This document shows, one piece after another, positions 1 to 10,111 of a stretch of 56,660 nt of DNA (positions are counted from its first letter, which is position 1; each line of letters opens with the position of its first letter). A program made the position numbers and the translations under genes. Origin of the DNA: Pseudomonadota bacterium (GTDB lineage: Bacteria; Pseudomonadota; Gammaproteobacteria; JAJDOJ01); contig JAYENI010000213.1 in the NCBI GenBank assembly GCA_034722015.1, forward strand, positions 1-56,660, written 5' to 3'. The notes beneath the pieces were generated by a model. That model did no database searches. It had not been told where the DNA came from and saw nothing but the letters and a program-made list of their open reading frames with translations.

Positions 1-263
1 GCAACGTGCTGACGATCTGTCTGGGGAAATCGACCTACGCCAGATGCGGGATCATCGTCAACGTCACGCCCCTGGAACCCGAGTGGGAAGGCCACGTCAC
101 ACTTGAATTTTCGAATACGACAACGCTTCCGGCCAAGATTTACGCCAACGAAGGGGTGGCGCAGATGATCTTCCTCGAATCCGACGAGGTCTGCGCGACC
201 TCTTACCGGGACCGGGGAGGAAAGTACCAGGGACAGACCGGCGTGACCTTGCCGAAGGCCTGA
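1..263 (+). CDS. dcd: dCTP deaminase, 3' part (5'-truncated by window edge)
   Basis: [31 protein letters not shown]...YANEGVAQ...[12 protein letters not shown] motifs typical of proteobacterial Dcd. Confidence 0.95.
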   Translation, partial: NVLTICLGKSTYARCGIIVNVTPLEPEWEGHVTLEFSNTTTLPAKIYANEGVAQMIFLESDEVCATSYRDRGGKYQGQTGVTLPKA

Positions 264-272
264 ACGACCTGA

Positions 273-429
273 GGCGATTTCTGTCAAATGACATACTATC
301 TTGCTTGTCTTTTCATTCATCCTCTGTGTTGCGACAACCGTTCCATCGTTCGACGATGCGCCTGTTGTCGCGCCTTGATGACAAACGAAAATCCGGCGTA
401 ATCTGGTATGTCATTTTCCGGCGATCGCC
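273..429 (-). mobile_element. MITE family A copy 1 (157 bp)
   Basis: Imperfect ~26-bp TIRs GGCGAT...ATCGCC, flanked by TGA at 270-272 and 430-432; opposite orientation to copies 2-5; between convergent dcd and ptsI. Confidence 0.92.
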
Positions 430-434
430 TGACG

Positions 435-2171
435 CTACGAAGCGATCAACGCGTTCAACCGTTTTACGCGCTCCGCTATTTCCTTCTGATCACTGATGGC
501 CAGAATCTCCCGGCACGAATCCTGTAGCGAATCGATCCGGCTCCTCGTGATCACCTGCCGCACCTCCAGCAGCGAGGACGGTGGCGCGGAAAACTCCCTG
601 AGACCCATCCCGAGCAGCAGCCGGGTGTAACGCGTGTCACCCGCCATCTCCCCACACATCGAGACCGCGATCCCGGCCTGTTTTCCGGCATCCAGCGCCA
701 TGCCGATGAGCGCCAGTACGGAGGGGTGGAGGGGGTCGTAGAGGTAGTTGACCTCGTCGTCCAGGCGGTCGATGGCGAGGGTGTACTGAATGAGATCATT
801 CGTGCCGATCGACATGAAATCGAGCCGGGCGGCGAACGCGGGAGCCGTGAGCGCCGCGGCCGGCACCTCGATCATGGCGCCCACCGGGATGCGGTTGTCG
901 AATCGGCGGCGCTCGCGACGCAGTTCGCGCTTGACCTGCTCGAGCAGCGCGAGCGCGGCATCGAGTTCGGACACCGAGGTGAGCATCGGGAACATCAGGC
1001 GGACGGGCCCGTACGCGGCCGCCCGGAGAATGGCGCGCAGTTGCGGCTTGAACGCATCGACGTGCTTGAGGCAGCGCCGGATGGCCCGCAGGCCCAGGGC
1101 GGGGTTGGGGCCCTGGAGATCTTTGGGCACGCCGCCGCAATCCTTGTCGGCGCCCAGGTCCAGCGTTCGTATGGTCAGCGGCTTGCCCGCCAGCGCACGG
1201 ACGACACGCCGGTAGGTGCGTAACTGCTCCTCCTCGTCGGCCGGCCGGTTCCGTTTCAGATACAGGAATTCCGTGCGGTACAGGCCGACCCCGTCGGCGC
1301 TGACCTGCTTGAGTGAACGGATCTCTTCCTGCAACTCGATGTTGGCGTGCAGGGCGATGTGTTGCCGGTCGAGCGTCACCGTAGGGGCCTTGCGCATGGC
1401 GAGGAGCGCCCGGCGCTGCGCCTGCTGCGCGCGTAGCTTGCGCCGGTAGCCGGCGGTGACACCGCGGTCCGCGTCGGCGAGGACCATTCCCGAAGCGCCA
1501 TCGATGATGACGGTTTCGTTGTCCTGGAGAAGCATGGTGGCCGTGTGGACACCGACCACGGCGGGGATCTTAAGGCTGCGTGCGAGTATGGCGGAATGAG
1601 ACAGCGGCCCGCCGGTTTCCGTGATGAATCCGGCAATGCGATTGTGCTGGAGATAGACGATGTCCGCCGGACCCAGTTCCTCCGCCACAACGATACGGTG
1701 GGTCAGGCTATGTGAATCGCCGTTGCCTCCATGCCCTTGCAGACCGCGCAGTATGCGCTCAAAGACATAGTTTACGTCGTCGCGCCGGGTGCGCAGATAG
1801 GGGTCCTCCATCTGATCGAAGACCGAGACCAGGTCATCTCGCTGGATCTTCAGGGCCCATTCCGCGTTGCACCGGCGTTCGCGGATGATATTGACCGGCG
1901 CCTCGGATAGCATCTCGTCGTCGAGCATGAGCAGGTGCGTGTCGATAAACTCCGCGACATCCCTCGGTGTGCTCTCGGGGATCGCGTCCCGGAGCCCGCG
2001 CAGCTGGTGCGACGCCTGTTGCACGGCCCGCTGGAATCGCTCGATTTCGGGTTCCACCTGATCGGGTTTGAGTCGGTGTTCGAACACGTCGGAGGTACCA
2101 TGGTGCAGTCTGGCAAGCCTGCCGATGGCGATACCACGCGAGACGCCGATGCCGCTCAGTCCGAGTGTCAT
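435..2171 (-). CDS. ptsI: Phosphoenolpyruvate-protein phosphotransferase (PTS enzyme I, no GAF domain)
   Basis: GGPLSHSAILARSL phospho-His motif, GLYRTEFLY, SIGTNDLIQY, CGEMAGD. Confidence 0.95.
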   Translation of the reverse strand: MTLGLSGIGVSRGIAIGRLARLHHGTSDVFEHRLKPDQVEPEIERFQRAVQQASHQLRGLRDAIPESTPRDVAEFIDTHLLMLDDEMLSEAPVNIIRERRCNAEWALKIQRDDLVSVFDQMEDPYLRTRRDDVNYVFERILRGLQGHGGNGDSHSLTHRIVVAEELGPADIVYLQHNRIAGFITETGGPLSHSAILARSLKIPAVVGVHTATMLLQDNETVIIDGASGMVLADADRGVTAGYRRKLRAQQAQRRALLAMRKAPTVTLDRQHIALHANIELQEEIRSLKQVSADGVGLYRTEFLYLKRNRPADEEEQLRTYRRVVRALAGKPLTIRTLDLGADKDCGGVPKDLQGPNPALGLRAIRRCLKHVDAFKPQLRAILRAAAYGPVRLMFPMLTSVSELDAALALLEQVKRELRRERRRFDNRIPVGAMIEVPAAALTAPAFAARLDFMSIGTNDLIQYTLAIDRLDDEVNYLYDPLHPSVLALIGMALDAGKQAGIAVSMCGEMAGDTRYTRLLLGMGLREFSAPPSSLLEVRQVITRSRIDSLQDSCREILAISDQKEIAERVKRLNALIAS

Positions 2172-2267
2172 GTTTCAGTGGGGCGGTGGGCGCCCGTCGC
2201 AGAGGCGTGCCAGCGGTGCGGGGTGCATCGCTCGGGACGGACGATCGCGCGGAAGCAGGACACGCAC

Positions 2268-2537
2268 CTATTCCTCTTCGCCGAAGCGCTGGCGCACCAG
2301 TTCTTCAAGCCTGTCGGCCGCCTCCACCTCGTCGCTTCCCTCGACGCGCAACGAAACCGACGTTCCGCGGCTGGCCGCGAGCATCATGACGCCCATGATG
2401 CTCTTTCCGTTCACCATTCGGCCGCCCTTTCCGAGTTCGATCTCGCTCTCGAAGGTCGAGGCAAGGTTGACGAACTTGGCCGCGGCCCGGGCGTGCATCC
2501 CGAGCTTGTTTACGATCTTGAGGTCCCGATTCACCAT
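2268..2537 (-). CDS. ptsH: HPr family phosphocarrier protein
   Basis: NKLGMHARAAAKFV (His15) and GKSIMGVMML (Ser46); start set at MVNRDL. Confidence 0.93.
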   Translation of the reverse strand: MVNRDLKIVNKLGMHARAAAKFVNLASTFESEIELGKGGRMVNGKSIMGVMMLAASRGTSVSLRVEGSDEVEAADRLEELVRQRFGEEE

Positions 2538-2545
2538 GTCGTGGT

Positions 2546-2947
2546 TCAGGCGGATTCGCCACTGTCGCACAGGAGGATGCCGTCATGCCCCCCCGTGATC
2601 GCCTTGTTGACGAGTTCATAGAGGTTGAGCGTAGGATAGTTCAGAACGCGAACCAGCATGGGCAGGCTGATGCCCGCCACGGCCTGGACGGCGACCCGGT
2701 CCACCAGTCGGCTTGCGATATTGCTCGGAGTGGACCCGAACATGTCGGTAAGAACCAGCACTCCCTGTCCCTGGTCGAGGCGCTGGCAGATATCGAGCGC
2801 CTGAGCATGGATGTCATCGGGTTCGCAGGATCCGCTGATTTCGACAAGTGCAACCTGTAGTGGACAGAATCCGAGCATCGATTCGGCGGTCTTGAGCAGT
2901 GCGTCGCCGATGCCTTCGTGTGTGATGACCAGCAGTCCTACGGACAC
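2546..2947 (-). CDS. PTS EIIA component, mannose/fructose type (ManX-like)
   Basis: LLVITHEGIG, VLVLTDMFGSTPSNIA, GISLPML motifs; position between rapZ and ptsH. Confidence 0.9.
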   Translation of the reverse strand: MSVGLLVITHEGIGDALLKTAESMLGFCPLQVALVEISGSCEPDDIHAQALDICQRLDQGQGVLVLTDMFGSTPSNIASRLVDRVAVQAVAGISLPMLVRVLNYPTLNLYELVNKAITGGHDGILLCDSGESA

Positions 2948-3147
2948 GGTCGTGACGCTCCCGGAATGGCGTTGTCGATATGTGTCTGTCCTGTCACGTA
3001 ATTCTATACCCCGGATCCGGTTATTGCCGGGTCCGGGCCGATTTTTCCCGGCGAGAACCGTTGAAACGGGCGACGCCGGTCGTGAATCCGCCCGACAGTC
3101 CGGACCGGGTGACGGTAATTTCGACGGGTCGTGGACAAGCGCTCGTT

Positions 3148-4017
3148 TCAGAGGTTTCCAAGTTCCCTGTGGCGGGAAATTACCATCAGGGTGTCATTCG
3201 ATTTGTAGCGCTCTGTCAGGCGCTCGACCAGGTAGACCGAGCGATGCTGCCCTCCGGTACAGCCGACGGAGACACTGAGATATCGCCGGTTTTCCGCGGC
3301 GAACCGGGGGACCCAGGTGTCCAGGAAAACGTTCAGGCTCTCGAACATCTCCTCCACCGTCGTGCTGTTTTCGAGGAAGTCCCTGACTTCAGGGTCCTGG
3401 CCCGTGAGCGCACGCAGGGCGGGTTCCCAGTAGGGGTTGGGCAGGCAGCGCACGTCGAACACGAAATCCGAATCACTGGGAACCCCGTGCTTGTAACCAA
3501 AAGACTGGAAGAGCAGGGACATGCGTGTCGATCCCCGCTGGCCGACGCGATCGCGGATGATGGCGCGAAGCTGGTGGAGGTTGGTCTTCGTGGTGTCGAT
3601 GACGAGGTCGGCGTTCTGCGCGACCTCCGCCAGCAGCGAGCGTTCCAGGTTGATTGCGTCAACCAGGGGTAGACCCTGGCGCGTCAGCGGATGTTTGCGA
3701 CGGGTTTCGCTGAAGCGTTTCAGCAGGGCCTCGGTGTCGGCCTGCAGGAAGATGACCTCGATGTCGACGCCCGATTCGCGGATCTTGTTCAGCAATACCG
3801 GGAATTGTCGCAACTCACCCGTTCCGGCACGGGCGTCGATACCGATTCCCGCCTTGTCGTAGAGGTGAGGTTCCTGGGACCGGAACTGGCTGACGAAGGC
3901 CTTCAGCAGCCCGGGGTGCAGATTATCGATACAGTGAAATTCCTCGTCTTCCAGGGTGTGCAGCGCCACGGTCTTTCCAGACCCCGACAGACCGCTGACG
4001 ACGACGAGTTCCATCAT
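3148..4017 (-). CDS. rapZ: RNase adapter RapZ
   Basis: VSGLSGSGKT Walker A, SFGYKHG, DVRCLPNPYW, GCTGGQHRSV. Confidence 0.95.
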   Translation of the reverse strand: MMELVVVSGLSGSGKTVALHTLEDEEFHCIDNLHPGLLKAFVSQFRSQEPHLYDKAGIGIDARAGTGELRQFPVLLNKIRESGVDIEVIFLQADTEALLKRFSETRRKHPLTRQGLPLVDAINLERSLLAEVAQNADLVIDTTKTNLHQLRAIIRDRVGQRGSTRMSLLFQSFGYKHGVPSDSDFVFDVRCLPNPYWEPALRALTGQDPEVRDFLENSTTVEEMFESLNVFLDTWVPRFAAENRRYLSVSVGCTGGQHRSVYLVERLTERYKSNDTLMVISRHRELGNL

Positions 4018-4195
4018 GATGTGGTTGTCTGTCTATCCTCGTGGCCGGCTACAGCCACCGGTACGGGAAACGACTCGGGAGAGGCCCGTCTCCCGAAATG
4101 CCAGGACATCCGGAACCCGGATTCCGGGTGTTCAATGGCTGATTCGCCCGTGTCCGCGTGATGACGCCGGATCGCGCGGGAAAAGGGACGTTTGG

Positions 4196-5134
4196 TCAAG
4201 ACATTGCCCGGCGTTGCCGCGCGGCGAGATCCTCGGTGGCGTTGTAACCGTTGCGCCGGAGAAGGTGGTTTCTGACAGCGGCCTCCACCAGGACGGCAAG
4301 GTTACGACCCGGTGCGACGGGCAGCGTAAACACCGGGATCTCCAAGCCAAGCACGCTACGTGTCTTCTGGCGGGTCTGCAGGCGGTCTTCGGTCGTCAGG
4401 GTCTCCGCGCCGGCAATCTTCAAATGGATGATCAGGCGCAAATACTTGCCGTTCTTGATGACGCTGTCACCGTACATCGCGCGTATGTTGAGTACCCCGA
4501 GACCACGCACCTCGAGAAAATCCTGCAGCAGCGGGGGACAGCTGCCGTTGATGATGTCAGGTGCGATGCGCGCGAACTCGGGTGCGTCGTCCGCGATCAG
4601 GCGGTGACCACGTGTCAGCAGTTCCAGCGCCAGTTCGCTCTTGCCGACACCGCTGTCCCCGGTCAGTAGCAGACCAATGCTGAGGACTTCAAGAAACACG
4701 CCGTGCAGCGTAATGCGTTCGGCAAGCTTGTGCGTGAAGTAGTAGCGCAGGTGATTGATGACTTCATTGCTGGACAGCGCGGTGCGAAGCACCGGGACCT
4801 CGTAGTGTTCGGCCAGTTCACGCAGCCGGTCGGGCGGATATTGCCCGTCTGTCACGAAGATGGCCACCGAATCGTCCTTGAACAAGCGTTCGCATGCGTT
4901 CTTGAAGGTGTGCTGGTCGAGATGCCGAAGATAGTCAAGCTCCGTATTCCCGAGCACCTGTGCCTGATTGGAGTGGATCAGGTTGAAGTGTCCGATCAGC
5001 GAAGGGCGGGTCCCCTCGGCCGCGGCCGCCGAAGAGAAGACACGCTGTGCGCCCTGTTGGCCGCCGACCCACTCCAGCCCGAGCCGCATGGAGAGATCGT
5101 CATACAGGCTCTGTATCGTCAGGGGGGCGTTCAT
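4196..5134 (-). CDS. hprK: HPr(Ser) kinase/phosphorylase
   Basis: LHGVFLEV, GDSGVGKSELALEL, HRLIADD, LEVRGLG, PVAPGRN. Confidence 0.95.
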   Translation of the reverse strand: MNAPLTIQSLYDDLSMRLGLEWVGGQQGAQRVFSSAAAAEGTRPSLIGHFNLIHSNQAQVLGNTELDYLRHLDQHTFKNACERLFKDDSVAIFVTDGQYPPDRLRELAEHYEVPVLRTALSSNEVINHLRYYFTHKLAERITLHGVFLEVLSIGLLLTGDSGVGKSELALELLTRGHRLIADDAPEFARIAPDIINGSCPPLLQDFLEVRGLGVLNIRAMYGDSVIKNGKYLRLIIHLKIAGAETLTTEDRLQTRQKTRSVLGLEIPVFTLPVAPGRNLAVLVEAAVRNHLLRRNGYNATEDLAARQRRAMS

Positions 5135-5245
5135 GGCGATAACAAGGTTCCCGGTCGGGTATCGCGAACGGCGTCGCCCGCGCCCGCGGACATGCCTGGC
5201 CCCGGTTGGCCATTCGGGACCGGGGGACAGTGTCGTGGAATCGCC

Positions 5246-5713
5246 TTAGGCGGCGAAGCTTGATTTGTCGTTGCCAATGACGGTAAGGAAATCGTCGGGG
5301 CCGCCGGCTCCGCGCAGTCTCTCGATACAGTTATCGTCCGCGAACAGCTCCGCCAGGCGGGACAGGATTGCCAGGTGCTCGTCGGTGGATTCCTGCGGAA
5401 CCACCAGACCGAACATGAGATTGACCGGTATCCCGTCCGGCGCATCGTAGTCGATTCCCTCATCGAGGCGCAGCACGGCGCCGATGGCCGACGGTACGCC
5501 TTGCAGGCGTCCGTGCGGGATTGCGACGCCGTGGCCGAGACCGGTGCTGCCCAGGCGCTCGCGGCCGTTGAGCGCATCGAAGATCTGTTCGGCGGTTACC
5601 TCGGGGGTCGCACCCGAAAGCATTCCGGCGAGGATCTCCAGTGCCCGCTTTTTACTGCTCGTCTGCTCCAGAAGCGAGACGCGTTCCTTTGTCAACAAAT
5701 CTGAAAGCATCAT
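5246..5713 (-). CDS. ptsN: PTS EIIA-Ntr nitrogen regulatory protein
   Basis: SKKRALE, RERLGSTGLGHGVAIPHGR, DAPDG motifs; rpoN operon context. Confidence 0.93.
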   Translation of the reverse strand: MMLSDLLTKERVSLLEQTSSKKRALEILAGMLSGATPEVTAEQIFDALNGRERLGSTGLGHGVAIPHGRLQGVPSAIGAVLRLDEGIDYDAPDGIPVNLMFGLVVPQESTDEHLAILSRLAELFADDNCIERLRGAGGPDDFLTVIGNDKSSFAA

Positions 5714-5737
5714 ATCCAAAACATGGTTCAGGGTTTG

Positions 5738-6058
5738 TCAGCCCAGATTGCGGTGGGAACCTTCGAGCCGGTGGTGGTCCTTGAGTTTTTCCTTGTGGCG
5801 GACGACCTGCCGGTCCAGCTTGTCCACGAGCCCGTCGATGGCGGCATACATGTCGTCCTCGACCGCATCGGCGAACAGTCGGTTTCCGCTGACCAGCATG
5901 GAGGCCTCCGCCTTGTGCCGGAGTTTCTCTACGGTGAGGATAACGTGTGCGTCGATGACGCGGGTGAAATGACGCTCGAGACGGTCGAATTTGTCGTGAA
6001 CGTAGTCGCGCATTGCGCTGGTGATATCGATGTGATGACCGGTAAGGTTGATCTGCAT
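5738..6058 (-). CDS. hpf: Ribosome hibernation promoting factor (short HPF)
   Basis: MQINLTGHHIDIT...DMYAAIDGLVDKLDRQV; AAGGAG RBS upstream of ATG 6058. Confidence 0.93.
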   Translation of the reverse strand: MQINLTGHHIDITSAMRDYVHDKFDRLERHFTRVIDAHVILTVEKLRHKAEASMLVSGNRLFADAVEDDMYAAIDGLVDKLDRQVVRHKEKLKDHHRLEGSHRNLG

Positions 6059-6275
6059 ATTGTCACTCCTTAGCTGACTGGCAATTTTCCGTTCGTCGAT
6101 TCCGGGCCGGCAGGTTCGTCCATTGAACCGCAGCCGCTCCGCATTTCGGTGCACGATACACGCTTCGGGTAACAGCACCTTGCGTATTCGGCGTTTTTCC
6201 GTCGGGCTGCTGTATCAGGTAGTCCGGTGTTCCTCTTGTCCTGTCTCTGAATGAAATCCGTCAGTTTCCCGCCAT

Positions 6276-7715
6276 TCAGGCCGGGCGTTTTCTCTCGCTG
6301 GAAGACGGGATATTGACGGCCTCGCGGTATTTTGCAACGGTCCTCCTCGCGACATTGATCCCTTTCGCCTCCAGTATCGACGCGATCTTGTTATCGCTCA
6401 ATGGTTTGTTGGGCGCTTCCTCGGCGACGAGTTTGCAGATCATGGCCCGAATGGCCGTTGCCGAGCACGTGCCGCCGTCCGCGGTACCAACATGGCTCGA
6501 GAAAAAGTGCTTGAATTCGTAGACCCCGCGCGGCGTGTGCATGTATTTCTGCGTCGTGACCCGGGATATCGTGGACTCGTGCATCTCCAGCTGTTCGGCG
6601 ATATCTTTCAGCACCATCGGCTTCATGGCTTCGTCGCCATAGTCGAAAAACGCGCGTTGACGATCGACGATGGCGCTCGCCACCCTGAGCAAGGTGTCGT
6701 TACGGCTCTGCAGGCTCTTGATGAACCAGCGCGCCTCCTGCAACTGGTTCCGCATGTAGGTATTGTCCGCGCTCTGGTCGGCCCGTTTGACCATGCCGGC
6801 GTACAGCGAATTGATCCGCAGCTTCGGCGCCGTTTCCGGATTCATCTCCACGCGCCATGCCCCCCCTGCCTTTCGCACGACGACGTCCGGGATGATGTAG
6901 CCCGGACTCCCGCTGCTGATCTGCGCGCCCGGCCGGGGATTCAGCGACTGGATCAGATCCACCGAAGGTTGCAGCGTTTCCTCGGCCACGCCGAGCAGGC
7001 GTGCGAGCCGCTTGAAGTTCCGCGCCCCGAGCAATTCCAGGTGATTCTCCACGATCTTCCGGGCGGTCTTCAGACCCGGGGTTTCCGGCGGGAAATGCCA
7101 TAATTGGGCAGCCAGACATTCGGACAGGTCTCTGGCGCCGGAACCCACGGGGTCGAATTGCTGGATCAGATGCAGAACGGCCTGGATTTCGTCCGTTTCC
7201 AGATCGAATTCTCTCTCCGTGTTGGACCGTATTGACTCCAGTGTCTCGCTGAGGTAACCGTCGTCGTCGATGGCGTCGATCAGGGCCGTCGCGACGGCGC
7301 GGTCCCGGTCAACCAGGCTGGTCAGGCGCAGCTGCCAGAGCAGGTGTTCCCTGAGACCTTCGCTTTCGCCACTGCGGTTGTCCATCGGGTCGCGCTCCGA
7401 TTCGGGCGCGTATGCGGTGCTGCTTTGGTAGACGTCCTCCCAGCTGGTCTCGACGGGGGAATCGACTTCCCCGTTGCTTCTCGCGTCTTCGGTCGGGAAT
7501 TCGTTGTTCGTGGACGCCTCGGCGGCTTCTCCGTCTTCGGTCGCCCCCTCGGAAGATTCGTCCACGTGTTCCAGCATCGGGTTCTGCTCGAACGTCTGCT
7601 GGATCTCTGCCTGCAGTTCCAGGGTAGAGAGTTGCAACAACCTGATGGCCTGCTGCAACTGGGGCGTCATCGCCAGATGCTGGCCAACGCGAAGTTGTAT
7701 GGAGGGTTTTAGCAT
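6276..7715 (-). CDS. rpoN: RNA polymerase sigma-54 factor
   Basis: MTPQLQQAIRLLQL region I, MHESTISRVT HTH, ARRTVAKYRE RpoN box. Confidence 0.97.
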   Translation of the reverse strand: MLKPSIQLRVGQHLAMTPQLQQAIRLLQLSTLELQAEIQQTFEQNPMLEHVDESSEGATEDGEAAEASTNNEFPTEDARSNGEVDSPVETSWEDVYQSSTAYAPESERDPMDNRSGESEGLREHLLWQLRLTSLVDRDRAVATALIDAIDDDGYLSETLESIRSNTEREFDLETDEIQAVLHLIQQFDPVGSGARDLSECLAAQLWHFPPETPGLKTARKIVENHLELLGARNFKRLARLLGVAEETLQPSVDLIQSLNPRPGAQISSGSPGYIIPDVVVRKAGGAWRVEMNPETAPKLRINSLYAGMVKRADQSADNTYMRNQLQEARWFIKSLQSRNDTLLRVASAIVDRQRAFFDYGDEAMKPMVLKDIAEQLEMHESTISRVTTQKYMHTPRGVYEFKHFFSSHVGTADGGTCSATAIRAMICKLVAEEAPNKPLSDNKIASILEAKGINVARRTVAKYREAVNIPSSSERKRPA

Positions 7716-8132
7716 CTGCTCAACGGCTGCCCGTTACCTCTGCGCCGGGCGTCTCAACCGCAAGCATTCTTCGTGACGTCATGTTTGGGAATATCCGACC
7801 CTTCTGGATCCGTTGCGGGTTCTGGCCCCGTTCGGCATCTGTTTTCCTTGTCTCTACCTGGGATTATAGGGCAAGCGCCTGCCGGAACGAAAACCCCGGA
7901 TCCGAGGTCTCGGCCGCCGCGCAAGGGGCAGCGGGTGCGCGTCTGTGCTCTGAATGCAGAATTGCCTGTAAATTCAATATGAAGCGGTTTCTCCCTTGCG
8001 GGATTTCTAGCAGACATACAGATTATTTGGCGGGCACCCCGTGGGGCAGGACATGCGTCCGGGGTCGTCGTGCCGGGTTTCCCGCGCGATCCTTGGCCGA
8101 TATCCCGCCAACAGCGGTTTCAACGGGGGGCG

Positions 8133-8864
8133 CTACAGGCTGAAGTTCTCCCCGAGATAGACCTCGCGGACGCGCTGGTCCGCGAGCACGGTCTCCGGTT
8201 CCCCCTGGGCGATGACGCCACCCTCGTTCAGGATGTAGGCGCGTCCGCAGATTCCGAGGGTTTCGCGAACGTTGTGGTCGGTAATGAGGACTCCGATGTC
8301 GCGGTCCACCATGTGGGAGATGATCTGCTGGATGTCGATGACGGAGATCGGATCGACGCCCGCAAACGGTTCGTCGAGCAGGATGAAGGCCGGTTCGAGC
8401 GCAAGGGCGCGCGCGATCTCCACACGTCGTCGTTCTCCCCCCGACAGGCTGATTCCCTTGCTACGGGATATGTGACCGATCTGCAGTTCATCCAGCAGGC
8501 GCTCCAGCGCGGTGCTTCGTCCCCTGGCGTCCAGCTCGCGACGGGTCTCCAGGGCGGCCAGGATATTGTCCCGTACTGAAAGATTGCGAAATACCGAGGC
8601 CTCCTGAGGCAGATAGCCCACCCCGAGTCGGGCCCGCACATGCATGGGCAGGTCGGTAATCGCTCGATCGTCCAGCAGGATCTGCCCCTCGTCGCAGCGG
8701 ATGAGTCCTACGATCATGTAGAAGCAGGTGGTCTTGCCAGCCCCGTTGGGCCCCAGCAGACCCACCACCTCGCCGGCCGAGACGCGCATGGACACCCCGT
8801 CCACGACCTGCCGGTTGCGGAATCGTTTGGTGAGTCCCTCGGCGCTCAGGACCGGCACGGGCAA
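8133..8864 (-). CDS. lptB: LPS export ABC transporter ATPase
   Basis: [47 protein letters not shown]; start uncertain (TTG 8864 or GTG 8858). Confidence 0.95.
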   Translation of the reverse strand: MPVPVLSAEGLTKRFRNRQVVDGVSMRVSAGEVVGLLGPNGAGKTTCFYMIVGLIRCDEGQILLDDRAITDLPMHVRARLGVGYLPQEASVFRNLSVRDNILAALETRRELDARGRSTALERLLDELQIGHISRSKGISLSGGERRRVEIARALALEPAFILLDEPFAGVDPISVIDIQQIISHMVDRDIGVLITDHNVRETLGICGRAYILNEGGVIAQGEPETVLADQRVREVYLGENFSL

Positions 8865-8909
8865 GCCGCGGTTGCGGTTTCTGCCACGCGCGAGGGGCGG
8901 GGGAGTGAT

Positions 8910-9482
8910 TTACCTGGAGCCATCCTTCTTTCCCGGCAGGATGACCATCCGGACCCGGCCCTCGCCACCGGGCTCTCCCGCGTCGACGACCTCGGTCGGA
9001 ATGTGGTAGTGAATCCGCTCGCTCTCGATGGTGTTGTCCGTCTTGGTTACCGTGGCCCGGCGCAGAAGCAACAGGGTCTCGCTCTGCGCCTCGTATTTCA
9101 TGTACTCGGACTGCGCGTCAAGGGGTTCCCCGTCCTCGCGCATCATGTGAAACGTGGCCAGGTCCCCCTCGGAGACCAGCTCGGAGACCTCTCCCCCCTG
9201 AAGAATAACGGTGACGATGTCCCCTGTGAGGACCCTGCTTCCCTGTACGGCGCGTACGTTGCCCCGGTAGATGGCGGTCTCGCTCCGGTCGCGAAACTCG
9301 ACGCTGTCCGACTCGATCTCCAGCGGTTGCTCGCGGTCGCTGTCCATTCCGTGCGACGGCACGGGCCCCGCCAGGGACAGTGTCGCCGCGACGGCTGCCA
9401 ACCGGCAGTGTCTTCGGAGCGTGGAGCGGTGCGCGAAGGGTGTCTGCATGGGTTTCAACGGATCGAGTGTGTGCGGCGTCAA
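8910..9482 (-). CDS. lptA: LPS transport periplasmic protein LptA
   Basis: Signal-like segment then DREQPLEIESD, YRGNVRAVQG, C-terminal GRVRMVILP; synteny. Confidence 0.88.
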   Translation of the reverse strand: MTPHTLDPLKPMQTPFAHRSTLRRHCRLAAVAATLSLAGPVPSHGMDSDREQPLEIESDSVEFRDRSETAIYRGNVRAVQGSRVLTGDIVTVILQGGEVSELVSEGDLATFHMMREDGEPLDAQSEYMKYEAQSETLLLLRRATVTKTDNTIESERIHYHIPTEVVDAGEPGGEGRVRMVILPGKKDGSR

Positions 9483-10090
9483 CCGGATGGCGGATCCGGC
9501 AGGTAAGTGCTCTTCACGTCCCGGTGGAGGTTGACGATCCCCAGTTCCATGTCGATGTCTCCACCCGTGCCCTCGATCCTGTAACCCCTGCCGACCGTCA
9601 GGACGGGTTGGTCGGTACGGCCCTCGTGCCGTTCGGGAAAGACCTGGATGTCGCGGGTGTAGACGGTGTAACCGCTGCGCTCGCCGTCATCGGGCTGCGT
9701 GACACGTGCCTTGCCCAGTAACCTGACCTCTTCACGATCGGCGGCCAGCCAGGCGCGTTCCGAGCGTACCGTCATCGGGGGTTGACCAGGATTGAATACG
9801 TGCATTTCCGGTGAATCGAGCTCCATGGTGTCGTCGTCGGCAAAGCGTATCATCGTCGGGGCGTCGATCCGGTATGCCGGGAGACCGTCTTCGCCGAAGA
9901 CCTTCAGGACCACACCTTCCATCCGCATGGACGCCACATGCGGCGTGTCGCCCGGGGGGGTGAAGGCCATGTCCATACGCAGGTGCTGAAGCCAGAGCGC
10001 CAGACCGAACACGCCCGCCGTCAACAATGCGTAGAGCAGGCCCTGTCTAAAGCCACCCATCGGAGACGGGCGCGCGGTTACCCCGGTCAT
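9479..10090 (-). CDS. lptC: LPS export protein LptC
   Basis: Single N-terminal TM segment then beta-rich domain; between kdsC and lptA. Confidence 0.85.
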   Translation of the reverse strand: MTGVTARPSPMGGFRQGLLYALLTAGVFGLALWLQHLRMDMAFTPPGDTPHVASMRMEGVVLKVFGEDGLPAYRIDAPTMIRFADDDTMELDSPEMHVFNPGQPPMTVRSERAWLAADREEVRLLGKARVTQPDDGERSGYTVYTRDIQVFPERHEGRTDQPVLTVGRGYRIEGTGGDIDMELGIVNLHRDVKSTYLPDPPSG

Positions 10091-10111
10091 GCGCGCGGCA
10101 TGTCCGGCAAG

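Noticed and set aside
435-7715. hprK, EIIA-Man, HPr and EI in the rpoN operon without a PTS permease
   Set aside because: A known regulatory PTS arrangement in many non-enteric proteobacteria.
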